DNA from: Promethearchaeota archaeon | GTDB lineage: Archaea > Asgardarchaeota > Heimdallarchaeia > Hodarchaeales > Hodarchaeaceae | Assembly (NCBI GenBank): GCA_048938105.1 | Contig: JBHLMN010000023.1 | Location: forward strand, 40,254-104,253 | Reading direction: 5' to 3' | Length of the DNA: 64,000 nt | Shown here: positions 50,607-59,750 of the stretch, one piece after another | Layout of the letters: each line of letters starts with the position of its first letter | Position numbering within the stretch: position 1 is the stretch's first letter | Program-made: the position numbers and the translations under genes | The notes under the pieces: model-generated | Told to the model about the DNA's origin: nothing | What the model saw: the letters and a program-made list of their open reading frames with translations, nothing else | The model's database searches: none

Positions 50607-51109
50607 CGGAACAATCATCAATAATAATCCGAAAGTTCGAACTAAAGGATCTAGACCAAGTTATGGAGATTAATAGACAAACACTACCAGAAAACTATCC
50701 TGAGAGCTTTTTCCGTACGATTTATTCAGAATTACCCTCTGCATTCTTGATTGCTGAGATAAATGGAAAGATTATAGGATATACTATGGCTAGAATTGAG
50801 AGGGGATTAAGTCATTACTCTATTTTTCACCGGGCTAAGAAGGGTCATACGGTTAGTGTTGCAATCAGACCAGAATATCGTAGAAAAGGTTTTGCATCAA
50901 AGTTATTAAAAGAATCTATCGCTGGAATGATTAACCAAGGCGCAAACGAACTCTTCCTAGAAGTTCGTGTTTCAAATACTGCAGCTGTCAATCTCTATAA
51001 GTCTCTAGGGTATGAAATCTTAAAGGAAATTAACCATTACTACCGTGACTTTGAATCAGCTTACTTGATGGTTCAAAAAGTTCTTAAGACTTCGAAGAAT
51101 ACCTCGTGA
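50603..51109 (+). CDS. N-terminal acetyltransferase Ard1/Naa10-like
   Basis: LPENY, GHTVSVA..PEYRRKG.A, LEVRVSN..A..LY, YYRD.E.AY. Confidence 0.93.
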   Translation: MTEQSSIIIRKFELKDLDQVMEINRQTLPENYPESFFRTIYSELPSAFLIAEINGKIIGYTMARIERGLSHYSIFHRAKKGHTVSVAIRPEYRRKGFASKLLKESIAGMINQGANELFLEVRVSNTAAVNLYKSLGYEILKEINHYYRDFESAYLMVQKVLKTSKNTS

Positions 51110-51615
51110 TCTTCTCATAGTCTTAGAAAGCGGGATTTAGGAATAATATCTTCCTAAGCTAGGGATTAATGGTTTAGATAAGTATAGGTTATTTCACAAT
51201 CTTGATAAGAATAATAGTATTAAGAAATATGTCATCATCACGTTCTATAGCGATTACATAAGGATTAAAAATGCAGTGAGAACTAATTAAGACAACTGTC
51301 CTCTCAACGATTTCTATACTACCTGAACTAAGTAGACTTATGAATATTCCATAATTAACACCAAATAAAATCATTAACTTTGAAGATCAGTTTTAATCCT
51401 AATTACAACTCAATGATAAGGGATTACAAATCAGAGAAGGTTAATCAAGCACAATTTAAGTCAGAAAACGCCCAAACATAAAGCTTTAAAAGGACGGAAT
51501 ACGTGACTAGTGTAAATATTAGAATAATATTTAATATGGAGAGCCTGTTACAATTAGATCAAAGGCTCACTTTCAAAATTAGAATATAAATGTTTCTCCG
51601 AGAATCATTCTAAGA

Positions 51616-52617
51616 ATGGTGGTTGAATACGTGAAAGAGTACTTTTTAAAGGCTAGTAATGCCTTGACACGTCTAAATAATAGTGTCTCAACTAATGCTC
51701 GAAGTGTTGCAGATATTACATTGAAGATCTATACAAAATTTGAGGAGATTCGATACACAAGTGAAGCCATTCCTGATTTCATTCTTCATCCTAATCAAAC
51801 CAAATCCAACCTCAAATCGAGTGGTGAAATACGGGTTGCCCAATTGCTTGCTTCTATTCTTTGTGAGCGAATTACAGATCAATCAATGCGATTAGCTGAG
51901 GATCTTGATTTTAGAGAAGAGGATTTGGATGTTCGAGAAGAAATCCGTGTGATTCACGAACATGTTACCCGATTGAGTGAAGTTATCCAAGTTCAAAAGA
52001 AATTAGCTGATGGTGCACCTGTTTCAACTGAAAGCATTAAAGACTTGCAGAAAAAATACGATACTCGCATTAAACAGCTAGAACAAGAGCTTTTGCGTAA
52101 AGAAGGTCGTGCTTTAACTGTAACTGCTCTAGATGCCACAAAAAAGCCGAAACTGTTTGGAAAGGGAAGATTTGAAAAAACACTAGATGATCTAATTCTT
52201 GAATATGGGAAAAATCTTCGTGCTAGTTCTGGTGGTTATATTTCGCTCGCAAATCTTTATACAGCTTTAAAGACTCAAGTTCCTGATGTCGAATTTTCTA
52301 CAAAAGATCTTGAGAAATCCTGTAAACGTCTCAAAAAACAATCTCTCATTGAAGGAATCGTAAAACGATCAGGGGTCAAGATAGTAGAATTTGTTCCAGT
52401 CACTCTTGGGAGTGATGCGAGGAAAGTTTTTGATTTAGCAGTTAATAAAGGATATGTCACACTCGAAGAGGTAATAATGGGTACCAAATGGGATCAACAA
52501 CGTGTTGTTAGAGTTCTTGAAAGTCTTGTTAACCAAAAAATTGCTCGAAAAGTTTCCTCTCTTGATACAGGAGATCAATATTATTTTCCTGGATTATATG
52601 GGGACAATAGTTGGTAG
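51616..52617 (+). CDS. ESCRT-II Vps22/Vps36-like (EAP30) protein with N-terminal helical/coiled-coil extension
   Basis: Tandem winged helices GGYISL..L, DLEKSCKRL, FVPVTL..D..KVFDLA..KGYVT, KW...R..RVLE.L, YYFPGL. Confidence 0.85.
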   Translation: MVVEYVKEYFLKASNALTRLNNSVSTNARSVADITLKIYTKFEEIRYTSEAIPDFILHPNQTKSNLKSSGEIRVAQLLASILCERITDQSMRLAEDLDFREEDLDVREEIRVIHEHVTRLSEVIQVQKKLADGAPVSTESIKDLQKKYDTRIKQLEQELLRKEGRALTVTALDATKKPKLFGKGRFEKTLDDLILEYGKNLRASSGGYISLANLYTALKTQVPDVEFSTKDLEKSCKRLKKQSLIEGIVKRSGVKIVEFVPVTLGSDARKVFDLAVNKGYVTLEEVIMGTKWDQQRVVRVLESLVNQKIARKVSSLDTGDQYYFPGLYGDNSW

Positions 52618-52627
52618 GTGAAATCTT

Positions 52628-53518
52628 ATGGCAGAAGTAGAGAAATTTGGTGGATTATTTCGTAGAATAGGCGATGCTGTACATATTGGAACGAAAAAAT
52701 TTAAAGGAAAGTCAATTTTGAATTCAGATTTTGGTCCAGAAGCAGAAAGTTCATTGATTTGTAGGTTAAAATCCGAAGATTTTGATGGTTTTCGGAAGTA
52801 CGATGGATTCATTGTTAAAGACCCAGAAAATGCGATTTTATTACAATCTGGATCTTTAGTAGGGGTCGCTGGCAGTGGTATTTACGAGCTGGATAAAAGT
52901 GCTAAACGACCTGGAAGTGAAATTATCTGGGTAACAAAGCGGGAATTCATTATCAAATGGGGAACACCTGGGATTTATACCTCTGATAATATAATGGTTG
53001 GTTGTTATGGTATTTCTCGTATGAGGGTTGTCAACCCCCGTAATTTTATTATGAATGTTGTTTCACATAAACAGTACTATTCTGGTAATGAATTAAAGAA
53101 TTGGGTCAAGCAGACAATTATAGCTGCCGTAAAACATGTTTTATCTCGATATTCTGTACCAGAGATGCTCAAGGAGCGTAGAAGTTTAGAAATCCAAACA
53201 CGTTCAGAACTTGGACCTGAAACTTCTCGTTGGGGATTAGAGTTAGTTGGACTGGATATTGGGGGCTTCAAAGTACCTGATGAATATCAAGCCTTGTTAT
53301 CATATGAAATCGAAAAACAGGTTTTGAAGCAACGCAGGGAGTTAGCAGAAGAAAGAAAAATGTTTGATGATTTAACGGAAAAAGTAAAGAAATATGAACA
53401 TATGCTTGAACAAGCTGATGAAATGTTTCTCAGTGGTAAAATCTCAGAGAAAAAGTATAAGGAACTTACAGATAAATATTCTAAAAAATTAGCTCAATTT
53501 AAAGCTCAAATTTCATGA
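52628..53518 (+). CDS. SPFH (band-7)-like protein with C-terminal helical hairpin
   Basis: IVK..ENAILL..G, IKWGT, YG...RV.NP..F, WGLEL; tail EMFLSGKISEKKYKEL. Confidence 0.75.
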   Translation: MAEVEKFGGLFRRIGDAVHIGTKKFKGKSILNSDFGPEAESSLICRLKSEDFDGFRKYDGFIVKDPENAILLQSGSLVGVAGSGIYELDKSAKRPGSEIIWVTKREFIIKWGTPGIYTSDNIMVGCYGISRMRVVNPRNFIMNVVSHKQYYSGNELKNWVKQTIIAAVKHVLSRYSVPEMLKERRSLEIQTRSELGPETSRWGLELVGLDIGGFKVPDEYQALLSYEIEKQVLKQRRELAEERKMFDDLTEKVKKYEHMLEQADEMFLSGKISEKKYKELTDKYSKKLAQFKAQIS

Positions 53519-55279
53519 TAATTTATTTTCCTGCAAACTTCCTCCACATTCTGGGCATAAAATCATTTCTACTGTACTCATTTCTTTGTAGCAATCCAGG
53601 CATACTTTTAAGCTACAAGATGTGCAGAAATAGTTAATAGAATCAGTTTTTGGAAGTTCACATACACCACAAAGAAATTTTTCTTCGTGTTTTTTCAATT
53701 GTAAGGTCATTTCTCGAATGTTGATCTTCCCTTGAATTACACCACGTAAGATATAGTTTTCTAATAATACGATTGTATCGCTATCAGATCGGTTTGATAA
53801 ATCTATTATTTGTTTGAGTGGAATTTCAGCTTTAGACGACTTTTCTAGAAATTCAGAGAGACTTGGATCTAATTCAGATGATTTAAGTGAAATTGGTTCG
53901 TGTTCTATCCATCCGATTTTTAAAGGACCCTTTTTGCAGAAATGACACTCCTCAGTGCTAACTAAATTATAGGAATGAGTGTAATTAACTCTACAATATG
54001 GGCAATATCTGGGAAGATCGATAATAAATGCAGAAATATTTCTACAAAACGGACATTCATGTTTACTTCCAGTAGAACGGCAATTTGAGCACATAATTCG
54101 TCTACAATTTTGACATTCAAAATAAAGATCCGGATCAGTATATGAAGATGTGTCTATTTGGCAAAAAATTTCAAAATGGTCTACACCTTTAACTAAAAAG
54201 GGATCAGAGGTTTCTCCCGAGATAAGTCGTAATCCAAGGAGTTTCGCTAGCTTAAAAATCCGATCTAAAAGTTTTAATGGGTCTAGATTCAATGATGATG
54301 CTAAATGTTCAACAGCAATTCCATTTTCGAACCACTCGTTTAAAGAAGGAGCAATGAAATCTTCTGTAGTTAAAGTCCCCTTTAAACTTTGATTTAAAAT
54401 ATTTAACAGTTTAAAAAAATCAGACCTGTCTACATCGAGACGTTGAATCCAGAAATCAATAGGAATATTACGATAAACGAATATATCTTTTAAGATTTGG
54501 TTTATAATGTCCATAATTGGATAGAGGTAATTGTAATTAGCAGAAAAAATATAGCTGATTTGGTCACGATTTGCCTCCAAAAATTCTAGACATTTCTCTT
54601 CAGAGAGTTGTGTTAATTTACTAATATGGCTAATAGAGACTTCAGATTCCAAGAGAAAACTTGTATCGATAAAACGAATGACATATTCGATATTTTTTCG
54701 AATATCTGAGGGAGATGAGAAGTTTAAAGAAGTGAAATTATATATTCGTTGTTTTATTGGATCAATGTAACCAATGAAATGACTATCCTGAGCAAGAAGC
54801 TCCAGAACACCTTCCAAATGTTCTTCAGCCCAGTAAAGCTGGTTCAATAGGTATTTCAATCCTATTGCCGTGGTAGTGTTTAACCTTTGTCTGATTTCTG
54901 CTTTGGCTCCAGGTAAGGTATAGAAATTTCGGTTTATTATATCAAAGAATCCCTCAAAACTTTGAGCTCCTATTTTAATTTGTTGTTCTAGTAATTCTCC
55001 TGGTAAGTTTGTAGTGTCAATAAGATTACATATGTCTATAAAGCCTTTTGTTGCCAATTCACGGGATATTAATTGGTGAAGGAAGTTAATAGGGATGAAT
55101 TTTTCATCATCAAAACTAACAAAGCCATTCAGCTCATTTGAGCCAATTTTTGTGCGTAAAAATGCAGCAATAACGCTTGGATTTTCCTTCGGAGCCATTT
55201 CACGGAATTTAAGAGGAGTATTTGCCATTTGAGCCTTTGTTAACCATTGATGTCTCTTTCTCCCAAACATTGGTATCAC
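53513..55279 (-). CDS. Putative E3 ligase: winged-helix repeats (UFL1-like), RING-like finger, Zn ribbon, PCI, C-terminal RING-like finger
   Basis: CQNCRRIMCSNC...CPFC; PCI-like LENYILRGVIQGKIN; C-terminal CGVC...CTSC...CLDC...CPEC. Confidence 0.7.
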   Translation of the reverse strand: MIPMFGRKRHQWLTKAQMANTPLKFREMAPKENPSVIAAFLRTKIGSNELNGFVSFDDEKFIPINFLHQLISRELATKGFIDICNLIDTTNLPGELLEQQIKIGAQSFEGFFDIINRNFYTLPGAKAEIRQRLNTTTAIGLKYLLNQLYWAEEHLEGVLELLAQDSHFIGYIDPIKQRIYNFTSLNFSSPSDIRKNIEYVIRFIDTSFLLESEVSISHISKLTQLSEEKCLEFLEANRDQISYIFSANYNYLYPIMDIINQILKDIFVYRNIPIDFWIQRLDVDRSDFFKLLNILNQSLKGTLTTEDFIAPSLNEWFENGIAVEHLASSLNLDPLKLLDRIFKLAKLLGLRLISGETSDPFLVKGVDHFEIFCQIDTSSYTDPDLYFECQNCRRIMCSNCRSTGSKHECPFCRNISAFIIDLPRYCPYCRVNYTHSYNLVSTEECHFCKKGPLKIGWIEHEPISLKSSELDPSLSEFLEKSSKAEIPLKQIIDLSNRSDSDTIVLLENYILRGVIQGKINIREMTLQLKKHEEKFLCGVCELPKTDSINYFCTSCSLKVCLDCYKEMSTVEMILCPECGGSLQENKLS

Positions 55280-55395
55280 CCAAATCTCTTGCTGTACAAA
55301 TTTCAGGTAAAAAAAGTGAGAAAAATTCTTTTTATAAAATCTTTAGTCTTTCATAAAATAAAAGTATAATAAGAAAAACTTGAGGAAATAATACA

Positions 55396-55710
55396 ATGGC
55401 TCAACAAAAGATTAAATGTACAAATTGTGGTTATATTCCCCGAGATCTCCCTGTTTCTGGGAGCTGGTACTGTCCGAAGTGTGGAAAACGTACAGAAATT
55501 CCCCACCACCGCCCACGAGTCGCTAGAAAATTCTATAAGAAGCCACGAATAACTCAAAAATCTCGAGATCAAGTAACAAGCAGAATCTATGATAAATTAA
55601 CATATGAAAAAGTTCCCGATCTTGGGTTCAAAGAACCTTATTTAAAACCAAAAATTCCTCCAATTCTCCCCAAAAGAAGAGATAAAATACGATTATTTTA
55701 TAAAAAATAA
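55396..55710 (+). CDS. Small basic Zn-ribbon protein
   Basis: CTNCG...CPKCG; GAGG RBS. Confidence 0.65.
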   Translation: MAQQKIKCTNCGYIPRDLPVSGSWYCPKCGKRTEIPHHRPRVARKFYKKPRITQKSRDQVTSRIYDKLTYEKVPDLGFKEPYLKPKIPPILPKRRDKIRLFYKK

Positions 55711-55750
55711 TCAAAAGTATTGTTAATTGATACAAAAGGTTATTATTTCT

Positions 55751-56980
55751 TTAATTCTGAAATTTAATTTGCAAACGTATTTCTTCATCATCAATCAAAG
55801 AACTTAGTGTTATCCGATCACCATCAGAAAGAAATTTTTGGATGATCCCATTTTCAGGTATCATAAAGTTACCACGAAACCCAACATAATCTTTTTTGTG
55901 TTCTTCTCGAATTGTATCAAGAATAGATCTAAACTTTGATCTACAATCTACTGTTACGATTTGAATGGAATCTACAATGGTATTAGATTGGCCACATACT
56001 AGGCAATTTGGATCAGGAACTAGATTGAAAGTGTTTATTGTCCCTGTTAGTGCAGAATATATGGTAAACGAAGGAATGCGGAATCTATGAGATTTCAATA
56101 AACCTTCAAGCGTTTTACGTTCTCTTTTTTTCATTCTCTCTTTTTTTTCTAGAAAAAGAGACTTTAGGATCTCTTGAGATTGGATTCCACTGACTACTGC
56201 ATTAACTGTGATGAGACTGGGTACGTGGAAAAGGACTAATTGCATGAGTTCTTTTTCATCGAATTTTCCAAAATTATATTTATTAGCAAAATTATTTGCC
56301 AATTTCGTAAGTTCCGCAATATCTTTGGCTGAATTTTCAATAGGTGAGCGTACATGAGTTGTACTAAATTCATAAAGAGCTTTCCAAGCACAATGTTCTC
56401 TCTCACGAGGAACTCCCACTAAAGTACAAGGAGCTGTTAAAACCCGAGTTTCATCAGGAGGTTGAGGGGTTTCACAAGCCAAACAAGCAGTAACATTTGG
56501 TTTTATATACTGAATTTGGCCGAAGTAGCCATCTGTAGCTGAATCTATTAAAGTTAATTTAAGGTCAACTGCTATTGCATTCAGATATTGTCGTGCCAAA
56601 AAGTTATCTACGCAACCAGCAATGATGTCAACTTCGTGAAAAATCCTTTGAGGTAGGTTTTGGAGGAGGTTAGAATAACTTTCAATCTCAATATCAGGAT
56701 TAAATCTTTCTCGAATCCGCTTTCTTGCTATTTCTGCCTTTTTTTTCCCAACATCTTCTTCTTTAAACAACATTTGACGATTTAAGTTTGAGAATTCTAT
56801 AGTGTCCACATCAACAAGGATTAAACGACCAACGCCTAATAAAGCTAAGTTCTTAGCTACTTCGCTACCTGTCCCTCCAACTCCTGCTATTAAAATCGCG
56901 CTATCTTCAATAATATGTTGATCCCAAAGAGATAAACGTTCTTGTCGGTCATATTTAGAAGAAGGAAGATCTTGTGTCAT
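55751..56980 (-). CDS. Ubiquitin-activating enzyme E1 (UBA3/UBA2-like, with catalytic-Cys insertion)
   Basis: YDRQ, GVGGTG, D.DTIEFSNLNRQ.LF, TACLAC, PCTLVGVPREREHC, C-terminal CLVC and Ub-fold-like domain. Confidence 0.92.
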   Translation of the reverse strand: MTQDLPSSKYDRQERLSLWDQHIIEDSAILIAGVGGTGSEVAKNLALLGVGRLILVDVDTIEFSNLNRQMLFKEEDVGKKKAEIARKRIRERFNPDIEIESYSNLLQNLPQRIFHEVDIIAGCVDNFLARQYLNAIAVDLKLTLIDSATDGYFGQIQYIKPNVTACLACETPQPPDETRVLTAPCTLVGVPREREHCAWKALYEFSTTHVRSPIENSAKDIAELTKLANNFANKYNFGKFDEKELMQLVLFHVPSLITVNAVVSGIQSQEILKSLFLEKKERMKKRERKTLEGLLKSHRFRIPSFTIYSALTGTINTFNLVPDPNCLVCGQSNTIVDSIQIVTVDCRSKFRSILDTIREEHKKDYVGFRGNFMIPENGIIQKFLSDGDRITLSSLIDDEEIRLQIKFQN

Positions 56981-57029
56981 ATCTTGAAATCTTCCTAATA
57001 GAATCCTTTAACATTACAATAAGAGGGAA

Positions 57030-57359
57030 TCAACCCCCCTTAATCTGATCTGGAACTATCATGAGAATTGCATTTTGTTCGATTCCATAGGAAGAAAGAT
57101 TGTTTGAAGGATTCATTCTTCTTCCCTTGAATAATAAAGCGATTGGTACAACTTCTGGGATATTAAATGCATCACGAGCTGCTGTGATAGCTTGAAATAC
57201 AGTTCCATTAATATTAATGTATTTTTCACGGATATTTTGATCTGGAGGAAGTTGTGGATCTTTAAAGCGAATTTTTATCATTTTTTCAATACCACTGTCA
57301 GGAGCTTTTCCTGTAGAAGTAGAATCCCATATTACGTCCTTTTTACTCATTTTTTTCAC
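57030..57359 (-). CDS. Ubiquitin-like protein ending in GG
   Basis: Beta-grasp pattern LLFKGRRM...LSSYGI...ILMIV, C-terminal KGG-stop, adjacent to E1. Confidence 0.9.
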   Translation of the reverse strand: MKKMSKKDVIWDSTSTGKAPDSGIEKMIKIRFKDPQLPPDQNIREKYININGTVFQAITAARDAFNIPEVVPIALLFKGRRMNPSNNLSSYGIEQNAILMIVPDQIKGG

Positions 57360-57371
57360 CTTTCTGTCTAC

Positions 57372-58166
57372 TTAAGTATAAAACATACGTTCAATTTCTG
57401 AAAGTGTAGTAAGAATATCTATTCGTCCTTTGGCATAATCCTCTAAAGGTCCTCGAATAAGAGGGTATTTAGTTAGAATATCACTTTCAAGACCTATAGG
57501 TAAATTCTTTTTTCTCTTAATGATAAAATTTATTACTTCACCATTTTGGGCATAAAATCTTACAGTAATCTCTTTTTTTGCTGCTGATGCATCATAGTTT
57601 GCAAGAATTTGACGTATGAGAGGATCATGTTCTTCTTGAATCGCAGCAGAAGCTTCAGAAGATGCCATAATGGGTTCTCCCATAACCTGGGGGAGTTCTT
57701 TTTCAGCCTTCTGATAGATTTCTTCTAATACGTCCAATACTGAACTTGAGCCAGGGGTCCAGTTTTTCATTACTTTCAAATCGTTGATTTCACAATCTAA
57801 GACTTCTCTAAGCTTAGCAGGACCATCAATGTAGGGTCGATCAGGCAAATCATCCAACACAAGAAGAAGAGGAAAAGCATATTCCTTTACTTGCATCTTA
57901 ATCCTTAGTTTACCTACTTCATCACCAACAAATTCCCCAGGAAAATTTTCAAGGATTTTCTGTGATTCTTGATAAATAAGAAAGTAATTTTCAGCTTCCT
58001 CCTCTGCATCCATCATTTTGGCTTCTGCTGGTGTAATAGCTGCCCGTTTAAGGTAATTTGTCATGTCACAGTATTCACACTTTACAGGGTGCTGATATGA
58101 TGGTCTTATTGGAAGGGGGGCCCCACAGCCGCTACATTGAGAAATATCAGTTTGAATATCTTCCAT
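57372..58166 (-). CDS. Zn ribbon plus inactive E2-fold (UEV/BRE-like) protein
   Basis: CSGCGAPL..CEYC; LP.RP.I...L..MKNW.P.SS.VLDVLEEI resembles the UEV C-terminus; no HPN motif. Confidence 0.6.
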   Translation of the reverse strand: MEDIQTDISQCSGCGAPLPIRPSYQHPVKCEYCDMTNYLKRAAITPAEAKMMDAEEEAENYFLIYQESQKILENFPGEFVGDEVGKLRIKMQVKEYAFPLLLVLDDLPDRPYIDGPAKLREVLDCEINDLKVMKNWTPGSSSVLDVLEEIYQKAEKELPQVMGEPIMASSEASAAIQEEHDPLIRQILANYDASAAKKEITVRFYAQNGEVINFIIKRKKNLPIGLESDILTKYPLIRGPLEDYAKGRIDILTTLSEIERMFYT

Positions 58167-58225
58167 TTTTTTTGATCACCCATTATGTGAGGAATGTTCG
58201 TGCAAGATGAGTCAGTCTTTAGACC

Positions 58226-58315
58226 TTAAAAAGCTAGCTCATTCTACACCTTTTCTTCCATTTCCTAGCCACAGCTTTAAATATCGGCAACGGTGCATTA
58301 TTTATAAGCTAGCTT
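58226..58315. promoter_or_regulatory. Divergent promoter region of the Ubl locus with two AGCTAGCT palindromes abutting TATA-like boxes
   Basis: AGCTAGCT at 58232-58239 next to minus-strand TTTTTAA; AAGCTAGCTT at 58306-58315 next to TTTATA. Confidence 0.4.
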
Positions 58316-58387
58316 TAGTGTTAAATGAGATTGAATTTTACTTTATCATAGATTAGGTAAGGATAAAAATGGAAGGATGGTAAGATC

Positions 58388-58930
58388 GTGCAGGATTTAC
58401 ATTCTAGACGACTACGAGAAGAGTTCAAACGGATGCTGAAAACTTATCCCCCAAAAACAAGTCCCATTAAATGGACTATAGTCAATAATGACCTTCATCA
58501 TTACAAAGCGACTATTAAAGGAAAAAAAAATACTCCTTATGAGGGAGGGAAATGGAAGATCACTCTTGACTTACCTTCTGAATATCCCTTTAAACCTCCT
58601 ATTATCAACTTTTTAACCCCTATTTATCACCCTAATATCGCAACTGGTAAAACTCAATGGAAGTGGGGCTCCAATGTATGTTTAAGTCTTGTAAATTGGA
58701 ATAATTTAGGGAAACCTGGTGGTTGGAAGGAAACGATAACCTTGCCAAGCGTTTTTGAACATATTGAAATGATGCTAGATGTTTTTAAGACAACTGGGGA
58801 TGTGGATTTTCCAGAATATCTTGTTGATCCAAATGATCCTTTTAATCCTAAAGCTGGAGAGATTATGAACACAAATTTTGATAAATTCTGGGAAATAGCT
58901 GTTAATTGGACCAAAAAGCATGCAAAGTAA
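58388..58930 (+). CDS. Ubiquitin-conjugating enzyme E2
   Basis: RRLREE, TPYEGG, YPFKPP, TPIYHPNI, catalytic VCLSL, WTKKHA. Confidence 0.96.
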   Translation: MQDLHSRRLREEFKRMLKTYPPKTSPIKWTIVNNDLHHYKATIKGKKNTPYEGGKWKITLDLPSEYPFKPPIINFLTPIYHPNIATGKTQWKWGSNVCLSLVNWNNLGKPGGWKETITLPSVFEHIEMMLDVFKTTGDVDFPEYLVDPNDPFNPKAGEIMNTNFDKFWEIAVNWTKKHAK

Positions 58931-58962
58931 ACCTCTTCTAGAATCGGTATTGTGGATGATGA

Positions 58963-59562
58963 ATGTCTAATCATAATAAACAAAAAGATTTGAACTCAGA
59001 AAATTCTGAAATAACAGAAGAAAAAACTACTGATAAAATACAAGAAAGCTCCTTTAGTAGACAAGTGGAAATCAAAAAGGTAAAAATTTCTTCATCTCCC
59101 CAAGTTCAGTCAGTCTCAATCTTAGGAAATCTACTTGATGAAATAACTGAATATTCGGTAAAATCTATGCCTAGGGAAGCTATTGGTCTGTTAGGTGGAA
59201 GAGAACTACGTCCCAAAGAAATAGAAATATTAAAAATAATTTTTGTGTCAGAAGGTGACGAAATCTCTGTTTCCTTTTCTGATGAAGATTTTGAGGCTTT
59301 CGAAAATATTTTAGAAGATGATTGTTATTGTTGTGGGTGGTGGCATTCTCATCCAGGATATGGCTTATTTCTGTCTCAAACAGATATAAATACTCATATT
59401 TTTTCTTTTCAGCTCCATAATGATCTTTCTGTTGCACTTGTTATTGAACCTACTATAAGAGATATGACTGGCCGTGCCGCTTTTCAATTTTACCAAGTTA
59501 TAAGCGAAGATAAGAAGGATTCTTTCGGATACAAGGAAATTGCTAGCTATATACAACATTAA
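58963..59562 (+). CDS. JAB/MPN+ metalloisopeptidase
   Basis: EAIGLL, GWWHSHPGYGLFLSQTD, ALVIEP. Confidence 0.95.
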   Translation: MSNHNKQKDLNSENSEITEEKTTDKIQESSFSRQVEIKKVKISSSPQVQSVSILGNLLDEITEYSVKSMPREAIGLLGGRELRPKEIEILKIIFVSEGDEISVSFSDEDFEAFENILEDDCYCCGWWHSHPGYGLFLSQTDINTHIFSFQLHNDLSVALVIEPTIRDMTGRAAFQFYQVISEDKKDSFGYKEIASYIQH

Positions 59563-59750
59563 AAACTGTTTAGTATATTGAAATTCTTTCGTTGAGGAAA
59601 TTGCTAGCTTTATGTAACATATTATATTACTCTGTGGATTTATAACAAGATTCAAAGACTTCTTTGATGAATTTCACTATATTGGAGGAAATTCAGTATC
59701 AATAAGATCCCAAAGAAAAATAATTTAAATTTTAAAGTTAATTGTGAACC

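Noticed and set aside
51189-51374. 61-aa minus-strand ORF in the gap before the Vps22/36-like gene
   Set aside because: No RBS or recognisable motif; probably spurious
55751-58930. Bona fide UBA5/UFC1 orthologues
   Set aside because: E1 has the UBA3-type PxCT motif and E2 has canonical HPN, so this is not a strict UFMylation cascade
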